Shown here: positions 8,186 through 19,000 of the stretch, one piece after another
Layout: every line of letters begins with the position of its first letter
How positions within the stretch are numbered: the first letter of the stretch is position 1
Made by a program: the position numbers and the translations under genes
The notes under the pieces: model-generated
Database searches by the model: none
Told to the model about the DNA's origin: nothing
Seen by the model: only the letters and a program-made list of their open reading frames with translations
Source: Candidatus Cloacimonadales bacterium
GTDB taxonomy: Bacteria > Cloacimonadota > Cloacimonadia > Cloacimonadales > JAIOQZ01
Direction of reading: 5' to 3'
DNA length: 64,000 nt
NCBI GenBank assembly: GCA_963666875.2
Contig: CAXXPU010000005.1
Span: 21,463-85,462 of the forward strand

Positions 8186-11100
8186 TTACTTTATCAGGAT
8201 CATCTTCTTTACGCTGTCGTATCCATCGGTCTTCAAGCGGTAGAAATAAACGCCGGACGAAGTCGATTTGCCTGTACTGTCCGCGCCGTCCCATTCGACT
8301 CGGTGTTCGCCGGGTTCGGTCACACCGGAAACCAGCGTTTTCACCTTCTGACCTTTGATGTTATAGACGCTCAGGTTCACGTTCGACATCTGCGAGAGGC
8401 TGAAGGCGATCGTCGTGGAGGGATTGAACGGATTGGGGTAGTTGCCCATCAGTTCGGTGGTGAATTCCGGCGCAGCGGGATTCTCAGTTCCGGTGGGGCT
8501 GTCTGGGTAGAAGCCGGTACGGCGAAGGTTGCCGCGATATGTGTACCACGGCATTTTGGTTCCCGTCTGCATCTTGCAGTCGATGATCACCACGCCGCTG
8601 GCGTTTCCGCACATGAATTCGAGATCGTTGTCGCCATCGAGGTCGATTACCGTTCCCGGCGTATTGCCACCCAGTTGAACCGGTACCGGAGAGAATCCGA
8701 TCGCGGTGCCGTCCGGGTTGTAGGCGTACAGGTTGCTCAGGCTGGAGAAGGAGATAATCTCGATGTCGTTGTCGTTGTCGAAGTCGGCTGCGAGCGGTGG
8801 ATTGAGGAAGGTGACCCCAGTATTGACGGGGAAGCCTTCGAGGCATGCGCCGTTCAGCTTTACGATATAGATGAAGCCATTATGCGTATTGAACGCGATT
8901 TCCAGGCCCTGGTCGTTGTCGAAATCGGCGAAGATCACCGAATTGGCGACGCGGCCTTCGATCTCGAGTTCAAGCATCGTCTCGCCTTCCGCGGAGATGC
9001 GGTACAGCTTGTTGTTCTGGGTTCCAAGCACGATGCTGTGATCCGGCAGGATCGTCGGTGCGCCGATGACGCCAGAGCCGAGTTCGATCGGGAAATTGCC
9101 GTAGTTGCTTCCGTCGTTGAGCAGAACGAACAGGGTTCCGTCGTTGGAGCCGACAATGATCTCGTCCGTACCGTCCAGATTCATGTCGGCAGCGGCGATT
9201 TCAGCCAGCGTCGGTTCCAGCTCGACCGGGAAGCCGATTTTTTCGTGACCGAGGCGGTTGATGGCATGCAGATAGCCGTCGATACCCAGCGAGATCACTT
9301 CCCACTGGTCGTCGCCGTCGATATCGGCGACAAGCGGGGTCATGAGCTGTTCACTCACTTCGTCGCTTTCGAAGATCTGAGTGCCGTCGAGGTTGTAAGC
9401 ACCGATTTCGCCAAGCCTGCTTGCATAGATGATATCGGGACTGCCGTCGTCATTCATGTCTTCGAAGGCGGTGCTACGCCAGAGACGTTCGTTGTTGAGA
9501 ACTGGATAATCCTCGACGATCGACGCGTTGATATTCAGCGCGATGATCTCGGCTTCGTCCGAAACCGCGATAATCTCCATTACGCCGTCGTCGTTGAGAT
9601 CGTAGGGGATGGGCGCCGACTTGAAATCGTAGCCGCTCGCCCAGGGCCAGTTACTCTGGTACATGCTGACCGAGAAAACGCGGTCGTAGCTGTTGACGAA
9701 GGTGTACTCGCCGGAAGTGGCCGTAACTTCGATGGTATAATAGATATCCGCGAAACCGCAATCGTCCGGTACGGATATCTGGAAAGGATACAGAGCGTTG
9801 GAACCGGTGCTTCCGGCGGGGATGGGGCCGTAGTCCGACGTGCCGTTATCGATGACGATGGTTTCGTTCTCGAAGCTGATCGCCGCGGTGACGCTCTGTG
9901 CGTCCGCCCAGCCTTCCTCATTGACCAGATCGACATAGATATAGACCGTCTCACCCGGATTGATGAAGCCGTCGCCGTCACCCTCGACTTCCGCGATCGT
10001 GGTTTCGCTGACTGTCACGTATGGGAACAGCCCGGTAGCGTCTTTGACTTGAACGCTCGGATCGCCCAGCACGATCATCTCGTAGTAGATCCACAGCATC
10101 ACGCCACCGTCCGCGGCTTCGTTGACCAGATCGACCTTGGAATAGTTGAGCGCTTCGCCGAGCGAACGAATATCCTGCTCGAAGATGCCCTCGAAAAAGC
10201 TGATATCGTAGTATTCAGATGCGCCCCAGACGCTGCCGGGTGCATACCATCCGTAACGGGTGTTGCCGACGTAGGCGAACAGCCCGTGCGCCGAATTGGT
10301 GAGGTTTTCAGCGATACACTCGGCTTCCTGGCTGGTTCTTTCGTCGAACGCCGCCGGATAGCAGCCCTGCGAGTATGCAAAACCGTATTCGGTGTTGACC
10401 AGCGAAGAAACGTTGCTGTTGGTCATGCCCATGTTGTATGTCTGGTTGGAGTGCCCCATGTGGTTGATGATGCCGACGCCTTCGTTGATCGCCTGCAAAA
10501 CCGCCTGGGTGCCGAACGTTCCGTCGCGTTCGTAGAGTGTTTTCACGAAGAATTCGTCCGGCAGAATCGGTGAGACCATATCCTTGTAATCCCCTCCCCA
10601 TGTCATGGGGTTGGTGTTGAGGTTCTCGCCCAGCATCGCGGCGATATCGTTGCTGTATGTGGTCTGATCCGTATAGTAGTATGTCTTGTTGAACAGGTTG
10701 TTGAATTCGGTTTCGGACTCCGCGGACATACGTGCCACAGCCACTTCGGGCAGCAGATCCGGATTGTCCTGATTTATCTCGCCCCAGATACCGTCGCCGT
10801 CGGCGTTCCAGTCTCCGTCGAGATTACCGAAGTACATATCGGTGGGGATCCTGTTATCAACGGTTCCACCTACCTGGCCATAGCAGCCGCGCTCGGGACA
10901 GATTTCGTCGTCGCCACCAAGCAGGACGTATTCGAGCGGTGTCTCGGTTTCGGCGTAGCAGGTGTAGGCGTCGATGATGAAGTTACGCACCTTGTCCGCG
11001 TTATCCACGCCTTCGTATTCGCTGTAGATATCGCTGACCAGGAAGAGTCCGGTCGAAACGCCGTGGCTCTCTTTCCACTGCATGAATTCGCTGAAGAACG

Positions 11101-11776
11101 GTTCGCGCTGCGCATCGGTGATGATCACCATGCTGTAAGGACCTTCCGGGTCACGCGGGTTACGTCCGTTGTTCGTCTTCGTATAGCTGTTGAGCAGTTG
11201 CGGATTCTTCACGGTTCGTTCAATCGATGCGAGAACCTTGTCCGATTGAACCAGGAAGCGGTTCTGGGTCTGCTCGATCTCTCTGTTTTCGGCAGTTACA
11301 ACCTCGATCTCCGCATCCGTGAACCAGGTTAACTGTTTCTGAACAGGGTTGTACTGGTAGGGATATACGTTCAGCAGCAGGATGTCGTGACCGTTCATTC
11401 TCTGAACGCCCAGGTTCCTGTATGTGTAGCCCGGGAAGTTCTCATCGGAACCATAGACCTCTTCGTTGCGGAGTGCGGTCTGCGGATTCGCGATGGAGGT
11501 GGGCTGCTGCATCGGTGCAAAATCGATGTCCGCGTTATTAATGGTCTGTTCGCCATTCAGATATACTTCGACATTCTCGACAGTGTGTCCGAATGGTAAC
11601 AGTATGCGAACGGTTTCGTACGGCAATTCGGGATTGCCGGCTTCCATCATGCGCGCGGTAACGTTCTCGAAGTGGTTGCCGCGTATCGATGGACGACTGA
11701 ATTGAAGGTTGAGTTCGACGTTGGCAAGTATAAGCATTGGCGTAAGTAATAACGCCAGGACGATGAATCGTCTCAT
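8186..11776 (-). CDS. Peptidase C25 (gingipain-like) cysteine protease with FG-GAP/VCBS-type repeats and a T9SS sorting domain
   Basis: Signal peptide. C25-like blocks (VIITDAQREPFFSEFMQWKESHG, YVLLGGDDEICP, IINHMGHSN with the catalytic His, FAYSQGCYPAAF with the catalytic Cys). At least 7 calcium-type repeats (DLNDDGVMEII, DMNDDGSPDII, DIDGDDQWEVI, DMNLDGTDEII, DFDNDQGLEI, DFDNDNDIEI, DLDGDNDLEF). C-terminus NYPNPFNP...KMILIK. Confidence 0.85.
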   Translation of the reverse strand: MRRFIVLALLLTPMLILANVELNLQFSRPSIRGNHFENVTARMMEAGNPELPYETVRILLPFGHTVENVEVYLNGEQTINNADIDFAPMQQPTSIANPQTALRNEEVYGSDENFPGYTYRNLGVQRMNGHDILLLNVYPYQYNPVQKQLTWFTDAEIEVVTAENREIEQTQNRFLVQSDKVLASIERTVKNPQLLNSYTKTNNGRNPRDPEGPYSMVIITDAQREPFFSEFMQWKESHGVSTGLFLVSDIYSEYEGVDNADKVRNFIIDAYTCYAETETPLEYVLLGGDDEICPERGCYGQVGGTVDNRIPTDMYFGNLDGDWNADGDGIWGEINQDNPDLLPEVAVARMSAESETEFNNLFNKTYYYTDQTTYSNDIAAMLGENLNTNPMTWGGDYKDMVSPILPDEFFVKTLYERDGTFGTQAVLQAINEGVGIINHMGHSNQTYNMGMTNSNVSSLVNTEYGFAYSQGCYPAAFDERTSQEAECIAENLTNSAHGLFAYVGNTRYGWYAPGSVWGASEYYDISFFEGIFEQDIRSLGEALNYSKVDLVNEAADGGVMLWIYYEMIVLGDPSVQVKDATGLFPYVTVSETTIAEVEGDGDGFINPGETVYIYVDLVNEEGWADAQSVTAAISFENETIVIDNGTSDYGPIPAGSTGSNALYPFQISVPDDCGFADIYYTIEVTATSGEYTFVNSYDRVFSVSMYQSNWPWASGYDFKSAPIPYDLNDDGVMEIIAVSDEAEIIALNINASIVEDYPVLNNERLWRSTAFEDMNDDGSPDIIYASRLGEIGAYNLDGTQIFESDEVSEQLMTPLVADIDGDDQWEVISLGIDGYLHAINRLGHEKIGFPVELEPTLAEIAAADMNLDGTDEIIVGSNDGTLFVLLNDGSNYGNFPIELGSGVIGAPTILPDHSIVLGTQNNKLYRISAEGETMLELEIEGRVANSVIFADFDNDQGLEIAFNTHNGFIYIVKLNGACLEGFPVNTGVTFLNPPLAADFDNDNDIEIISFSSLSNLYAYNPDGTAIGFSPVPVQLGGNTPGTVIDLDGDNDLEFMCGNASGVVIIDCKMQTGTKMPWYTYRGNLRRTGFYPDSPTGTENPAAPEFTTELMGNYPNPFNPSTTIAFSLSQMSNVNLSVYNIKGQKVKTLVSGVTEPGEHRVEWDGADSTGKSTSSGVYFYRLKTDGYDSVKKMILIK

Positions 11777-12102
11777 GAATCCTCCTGTACTCTCTCTCTT
11801 TATATTTATGCAATGAATCCTATCTTCTCAAAACAATATAAGGCAATTCCTGTTCCTGAAAACCGCAACCCTGTCAAATATTCGAGAAATGACAAGTGAA
11901 AAATGTTCTGTTAAAAAGAAAAAACCTACGCAACGCAGGATCGAACGCTGCATATGAGTTGTAAGGGGCAGGTCCCTGTGCCGGCCCTTTCACTTCCCAC
12001 TAATTTTTCAGGCTCTGTTGCATATTAAGTGGGTGGATATCTTAACGATGATTATGAAGTCCTGGAAGGACGATGGAATTTAGCCCATGGCGTAAGCCAT
12101 GG

Positions 12103-12637
12103 TGTCCCGTCCTGAAATAGGTTGACCATTGGGTCGAAGGAGGCTCAGGTATGGGAGAAAATGTGAAGCGACGAGCGAAGCGGCGCGGGTTCGCCTATCT
12201 TTCGCTGACCTCGGATCAGTACTCGGATGCGATCCTGGGGTATTCGCTACAGCCCGACTTGCGCACGCATGGTCCCGCGCTTTCGCTGCAACGGGCAATC
12301 AAGATGCTCCGCAAGGCCGGAGCCGTAGATTTCGAAGGATGTATCCACCACTCCGATCACGGGTGTCAATTCACCAGTGCCTGTTTCCAGAACGCGCTGC
12401 GACGTTAAGGCTATCGTACCAGCATGACCGGCCCAGGCAAGTGCTACGACAACGCCAAAGCCGAGCGGATCAACGGGATTCTGAAGCATGAATTGGGGCT
12501 GAGACGAAGGTTCATGGACTTCGACGACGCGCTGAAGTACGTCGAGGAGGCGGTTCGGATCTACAACGAGGAACGGCTCATCATCACGCAGAATTATCGA
12601 ACACGAAAAAGCTGGTCAACTATTTCAGGACGGGACA
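12103..12637 (+). mobile_element. Internally deleted IS3-family element, about 535 bp, retaining both terminal inverted repeats
   Basis: Left end TGTCCCGTCCTGAAATAGGTTGACCA (12103-12128). The reverse complement of the right end TGGTCAACTATTTCAGGACGGGACA (12613-12637) matches it at 25 of 26 positions with one indel. The interior carries only the C-terminal part of an rve transposase. Confidence 0.8.
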
Positions 12638-12669
12638 GCGGCACAGGCGTTGGGGGCTATCGCCTTTAA
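12151..12669 (+). pseudogene. IS3-family transposase OrfB remnant, N-terminally truncated with an in-frame TAA
   Basis: HHSDHGCQFTS and GKCYDNAKAERINGILKHE are IS3-type DDE/rve signatures. A TAA at 12406-12408 interrupts ...ALRR*GYRTSMTGPGKCYDNA. The first catalytic Asp region is absent. Confidence 0.85.
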
Positions 12670-13092
12670 ACAAGCAAGGTTTTCAAATAATCACGGGTGG
12701 ATCGATCTTATTCATCGAGAAGAAAACCTTCAGAAGAAGACCTTCAGGTGTGCAAACGTTTTAAACGACACGAAAAAAAGTTCGTTGCCAAGAACACGGC
12801 CTCCGCAGAGGCCCATTGAGAGCATATCATAGGATTTATACAAGACAGTGCAAGTAGTCGGGCAGAATTTGAATGCATCCCGGTACGAGTCTGCTAAAGC
12901 AATCTGTGCTCAGAATCTTCTTGTAGTCTTATCAGCTATCTGGTTGGAGATGATATTGATCGCAATTTTAGCAATCAAGATGGATGCGTTCACTTCAAGG
13001 AAGTCTTCAGCAACCCATCGGCTTATGCCATGTTCCATGACAAGATGATTGGCCCAGCGAAGATCGATATCACATACATTTCCTTGTTCGAG

Positions 13093-16000
13093 TTAATGGG
13101 TCATTAATTTTTTGTCTCTTCCAGGATGATACCGGTTGTTGACACTTTGTTGATCATTTCGGAGATTATTTGCTGCCACAACGAAATAGAAGCAACTGGA
13201 TTCTCTCAGCGGCTCTGTGTCGATGTAGCTTTCCGTTGCAGTTGTACCGATCTGCACAAATTCTCTGTCAGGAAACTCCGAGCGATAAATGATGTACGAT
13301 GTAGCATCCGGGACGATAGTCCAACTCAGCAGAATTGAACTATCTCCAACAGAGATTGTTACATTCGCTGGTGCTGTCAATTCACCGGGATCAACACCAA
13401 CTGTCCACTCGTATGCACCCATATCAATCGTTGTATTCTGAATGCGATCCTGTCCTCGGATGTCACAGGATTCGTTGTTGTAGTTGTTGTCTCCGGTATC
13501 CACGCATGAAGAAGAGCCATCGATTCTCAAGTCACCGGTTTCAGCGCTAACGAATAGAGGATCAACAGAAATGTTGTTAATCGTTGCATCAAGAATGTCT
13601 GAACCACCTGACAGTACCACATCATTCGTGCCGTTTGCGTAGCATGAATACTTCAAAGTAGTTGTGCCGCCGCCCATCAGGAACATCTGATTACCGGTCG
13701 TTGCAAGATTTCCCCAGACAATACAGTTTTGCAGAACCGGAGAGCAATTGTTGTAATTCAACATGCCGCCACCGTAATTTGTGGTTACATTCATTGCAAT
13801 TGTAGTGTTTGTCAGTACCGGAGAAGAGGAAGTCGAGTTCTCGATTCCAGCGCTGTTATTCGTGGTCTTGTTACCATAGATCAAGCAATTTGTGATAATG
13901 GGAGATGCATTGTAATTACAGACACCGCCCCCGTAATCACCTACATTCGCTGTAATAGAAACGTTTGTGATGGATGGCGAAGCCCCGGAATTGAAAACTC
14001 CAGAACCCCTGTCAAAAGGTTCTGTTCCATTTCCGTGCCCACCCTTCACCGTAAAACCATTCAAAACACTCGCGGTGGTCAAAGGATCCGGATTGTAGAT
14101 TACATGATAGCAGTTTTCCGAATTGTTGGAGAAAGTCAGCGTCTCTCCACTTCCGCTTACAATGTCGTCCCCGAATCGATCACCGCTTAAAATGGTTTCG
14201 TTTTCGTCTCCCATTCCGAAATTCGTTCTTTCATCCATGGAAGTTTCCGTACCGGCAAATCCGCCGTAGATTTCGACTCCTTCCATCATCCTGAAATGAT
14301 AATAGCGGGGGGTATTCGTCAGATTGTAAGAAGAACTTGGAATATATGTTCCCTTTGCCACCCAGATTTGATCTCCGGGTATGGCAATATCAAGCGCTGA
14401 TTGCAGGGAGGTAAAGGCATCCGCCCAGCTTGCTCCATTGTTCGCTCCCACGGCATTGATATCGGCATACAGAATTCCAGCGATACTGTATGGATCGACG
14501 TCATGTGTCCACTCGTAAGCGCCCATATCGATTGTGGTGTTTTGGATTCGGGCCTGACCACGCACATCGGTTGATGCTGTGTTATAGCTGTTCAGACCGC
14601 TATTGACTGCAGGTGAACAGCCCAGCAATCGAAAATCCTGCGTGAAGGCATCGATAAAAAGAGGGTCAATCGTGATGTTGTTATTGGTCGCGTCGAGGAT
14701 TCCATTCAGCGTTTCAACGTCATTGACGAGATTCTTGTAACAGGAATAGTTGATGGTTGTTGAACCGGTGCTGACCAACGATAGTTCATTCCCGGAACTC
14801 GTTGCCGTGTTATTCCAGATAACGCTATTTCTGATGGTCAACGTGGAAGCCACATTGTCCGAAGCAAACCTGATACCGCCTCCGGATAGTCCGGCATGAT
14901 TCTCTGAAATGGTTACGTTATTCAAAACGGCATCATACTGGACTGAACTGGAGTAGAATATTATGGCTCCACCATTATTGGTCGTCGTGTTAGAAGAAAA
15001 CAACGCGTTGGCGATCGTAAGCGAAGATGAGTGCGTAGATAAAGCGCCACCGTCAGTAACCGAGTTGTTACCGGTGAATATCGCGTTCCGAATTGACGCT
15101 GTTGTTTCTCTGAAATATATTGCACCTGCATTGTACGCATAATTCGATGCAAAACTCAAACCATCAAATTCTGGAGAACCGTTGTAAACATATACCCCTC
15201 CACCGCTATTTGAAGAGAGATTGTTGGAGAATGAGGCATTTTCCAGGAACGACATACTGTCATACATATATACAGCGCCGCCAATGCTTTCTGCTTTATT
15301 TGAATCGAAATTCACCTTCCTGATGACTGGCGAGGAGGAGAACAGGTAAAATGCACCTCCTCTGTTATGAGGATTGCTCCCTCTGTTTGCATTTCCACCC
15401 GTTATTGTAAATCCGTCAAGCAGGGCAGAATTTGTTAGATTCATTCCGTCTGGGTGATAGAATACATGATAGCAGTTATCATCTCCGCTGGCACCCTGAT
15501 AACCACCATTGGTTACATCAAAATCATCATTATCATTCAAATCACCGCTTAGGATTGTTTCATTTGCTTCTTCAAAACCATAATTGGTTCTCTGGTCGAC
15601 CCCAGTCTCGGTTCCGGCAAATCCACCATATATTTCAGTTCCTTCCACCATTCTGAAATGATAATAACGGGAACCACCACCCAGTCCATAGTCATATTCT
15701 GGTTTGTACGTTCCTTTTGCCACCCAGATCTGATTACCCGAAACCGCTTCATTCAAAGCTGATTGAAGCGAAGTGTAAGCGTCAACCCAGCATGAACCGT
15801 CATTGTTTCCACCGGCAAGAAGATCCACGAAGATGACCTGAAGGGGCGGATCAACACCGACTGTCCACTCGTATGCACCCATATCAATCGTTGTATTCTG
15901 AATGCGATCCTGTCCTCGGATGTCACAGGATTCGTTGTTGTAGTTGTTGTCTCCGGTATCCACGCATGAAGAAGAGCCATCGATTCTCAAGTCACCGGTT

Positions 16001-19000
16001 TCAGCGCTAACGAATAGAGGATCAACAGAAATGTTGTTAATCGTTGCATCAAGAATGTCTGAACCACCTGACAGTACCACATCATTCGTGCCGTTTGCGT
16101 AGCATGAATACTTCAAAGTAGTTGTGCCGCCGCCCATCAGGAACATCTGATTACCGGTCGTTGCAAGATTTCCCCAGACAATACAGTTTTGCAGAACCGG
16201 AGAGCAATTGTTGTAATTCAACATGCCGCCACCGTAATTTGTGGTTACATTCATTGCAATTGTAGTGTTTGTCAGTACCGGAGAAGAGGAAGTCGAGTTC
16301 TCGATTCCAGCGCTGTTATTCGTGGTCTTGTTACCATAGATCAAGCAATTTGTGATAATGGGAGATGCATTGTAATTACAGACACCGCCCCCGTAATCAC
16401 CTACATTCGCTGTAATAGAAACGTTTGTGATGGATGGCGAAGCCCCGGAATTGAAAACTCCAGAACCCCTGTCAAAAGGTTCTGTTCCATTTCCGTGCCC
16501 ACCCTTCACCGTAAAACCATTCAATACACTCGCGGTGGTCAAAGGATCCGGATTGTAGATTACATGATAGCAGTTTTCCGAATTGTTGGAGAAAGTCAGC
16601 GTCTCTCCACTTCCGCTTACAATGTCGTCCCCGAATCGATCACCACTTAAAATGGTTTCGTTTTCGTCTCCCATTCCGAAATTCGTTCTTTCATCCATGG
16701 AAGTTTCCGTACCGGCAAATCCGCCGTAGATTTCGACTCCTTCCATCATCCTGAAATGATAATAGCGGGGGGTATTCGTCAGATTGTAAGAAGAACTTGG
16801 AATATATGTTCCCTTTGCCACCCAGATTTGATCTCCGGGTATGGCAATATCAAGCGCTGATTGCAGGGAGGTAAAGGCATCCGCCCAGCTTGCTCCATTG
16901 TTCGCTCCCACGGCATTGATATCGACATACAGAATTCCAGCGATACTGTATGGATCGACACCAGGTGTCCACTCGTAAGCGCCCATATCGATTGTGGTGT
17001 TTTGGATTCTGGCTTGACCACGCACATCGGTTAATGTTGTGTTATAACTGTTCAGACCGCGATTGACTGCAGGTGAGTTTTCCAAAAGTCGGAAATCACC
17101 GATTATAGCATCCAAAAAGTCCGGATTTTCCGTCGTATTGTTATTATCCGCGACAAAGGTCGCACCGCTCATTATAACATCATTATCCTGACTGGGGTAG
17201 CAGGAATAATTAAGTATGGTCGTACCACCTCCGGATATATACATCTGATTCCCGGTGAGAGCATGATTTCCCCAAATGATGCAATTATTGAAGGTTGGGG
17301 TGGCGTTCAGATGGTTATTCAATCCACCGCCAGCATTCGTTGCCAGATTCATTACAATGGTTGTGTTGATAAAAACCGGTGAAGATGTCTCATTTTCAGA
17401 TCCTGCACCATTTTGAGCCAAATTACGATAGATGATGCAATTGGTGACGACCGGAGAAGCGTCCTGATTATAAATACCGCCTCCATAGATCCCCTGATTT
17501 TCAATCAAAATCACATTCGTTAATGAAGGAGATGCGTGGAAGTTGTAAATCCCGGAACCGCTATTGTGAGGATTTGTGCCATCGGCGTTTCCACCTCTTA
17601 CGGAGAATCCATTCAATAGGCTTGTTGATGTCAAAGGATCCGGATTGTAGATTACATGATAACAGTTATCCGTGTAGTTCGAAAAGGCGAGCGTTTCCCC
17701 GGTTCCGCTGACTACATCATCACCATTCAAATCACCACTGAGTATTGTTTCGTTTTCTTCTCCAACCCCGTAATGGGTTCTTTGATTGCTGGAAGTTTCC
17801 GTACCAGAGAATCCACCGTAGATCTCAACGCCTTCAATCATTCTGAAGTGATAATTGCGAGGTGTATTGAATAAATCATAAGAATCTTCTGGAACATAGG
17901 TTCCTTTTGCTACCCAGATATGATTTCCAGAAATGGCTGCATCGAGTCCCGATTGCAATGATATAAAGGCGTCGGTCCAGCTTGAACCATCGTTATTGCC
18001 GTCCGCCATAGCATTCACATAAATGACCTGAAAAGACGGATCGATTCCATCGGTCCACTCATAAGCTCCCATGTCAATCGTTGAGTTCTGAATCCGCGCT
18101 TGACCACGGAAGTCCAGCGCTTCTGAATTATAGGTGTTCTCACCGGTATCCACACATGGGGATATTCCATTGATTCTCAGATCGCCACCGGTGGTGGGAG
18201 CTTCCAGTGGGTCAACCGCCTCAATGAACAGGGGATTGCAATTGATATTGCCTGTTCCTGTATAAACACCACTGTCCATTTGAACATTACTATAACTAAT
18301 GGATATTCCTGATCCCAGAACCTGATCAGGATAATTACCCCATATAATGCAGTTTGTAGCGGATATTGAGTTCGCTCCCCAATCGGTTCCGAAAGCTCCA
18401 CCTGTGCCTGATGCACGATTACCATTGAAAGTAGTATTGGTTAGTGTGACTGTGGATCCCCAGCATGCTCTCACTCCGCCAATCGTCCCTCCAACAGATC
18501 GATTGCCTATAAATAGGCAATTTGTGAAGGTCCCTATAGAACTGTCTGTGAAGCTTACGCCTCCACCATTGTCCGTTGCTGTATTGCCTATGACGGAAAC
18601 ATTTACAGCATCAACCGTTACCCCATAGGCAGCTTCCAGTCCACCACCGGAATTTATTGTTTCACTGGAAATGACTGTGTTTTCGAGGAAGGCTACGCTC
18701 CTAAGTGTGAGTGTTCCACCCCCTACATGATACAAACCTCCTCCCGAAAAAGCCTGATTGTATCTGAAAGTGACATGGTTCAAAATTGCGTTCGACTGAT
18801 CTCTGAGATAAACGCCACCTCCTCCAACTCCAGTGCTGATGTTATTGCTGAAAACAACATCATCAAAAAAAGCATTTACATCTTCACCGGCATACCCTCC
18901 TCCAGCTGAAGCCAGATTGTTATTAAATTGGACATTGATTATGACAGGGCTCCCTCCATATAAATTATACATACCCCCACCATAACAAATCGGGAGATTG

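Noticed and set aside
8177-10573. 798-aa ORF on the plus strand. Similar long ORFs occur at 28545-30434 (-), 40801-42213 (+), 25064-26143 (+), 52504-53391 (-), 59895-60770 (-), 55955-56833 (+), 58004-58777 (+) and 26330-26953 (-).
   Set aside because: All lie antisense to genes with clear domain content. Their translations are low-complexity and Arg/Val/Asp-rich with no motifs. The two I checked (8177-10573 and 28545-30434) are in exact codon register, so they are shadow ORFs produced by avoidance of TTA/CTA/TCA in the sense genes.
11925-11956. A tRNA T-arm-like string on the minus strand (GCAGCGTTCGATCCTGCGTTGCGTAGG) that could be a tRNA 3' fragment or att-site remnant next to the island.
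   Set aside because: The T-stem does not pair cleanly, no anticodon or D arm is present upstream, and I found no second copy at the other island border. The evidence is too weak.
12650-13048. Short plus-strand ORFs (12650-12832 and 12848-13048) in the gap between the IS3 relic and the giant gene.
   Set aside because: They have no ribosome-binding site, no motifs, and odd composition. They are probably non-coding debris.
12841-13092. A plus-strand frame reading ...GPAKIDITYISLFE, reminiscent of the DITYI motif of IS3 transposases. Also a 60-codon open stretch on the minus strand, in frame after the giant gene stop.
   Set aside because: The surrounding residues do not fit the IS3 OrfB N-terminal pattern: there is no conserved Trp and the spacing to the preceding block is wrong. 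The minus-strand stretch has no recognisable motif or CTD signature.
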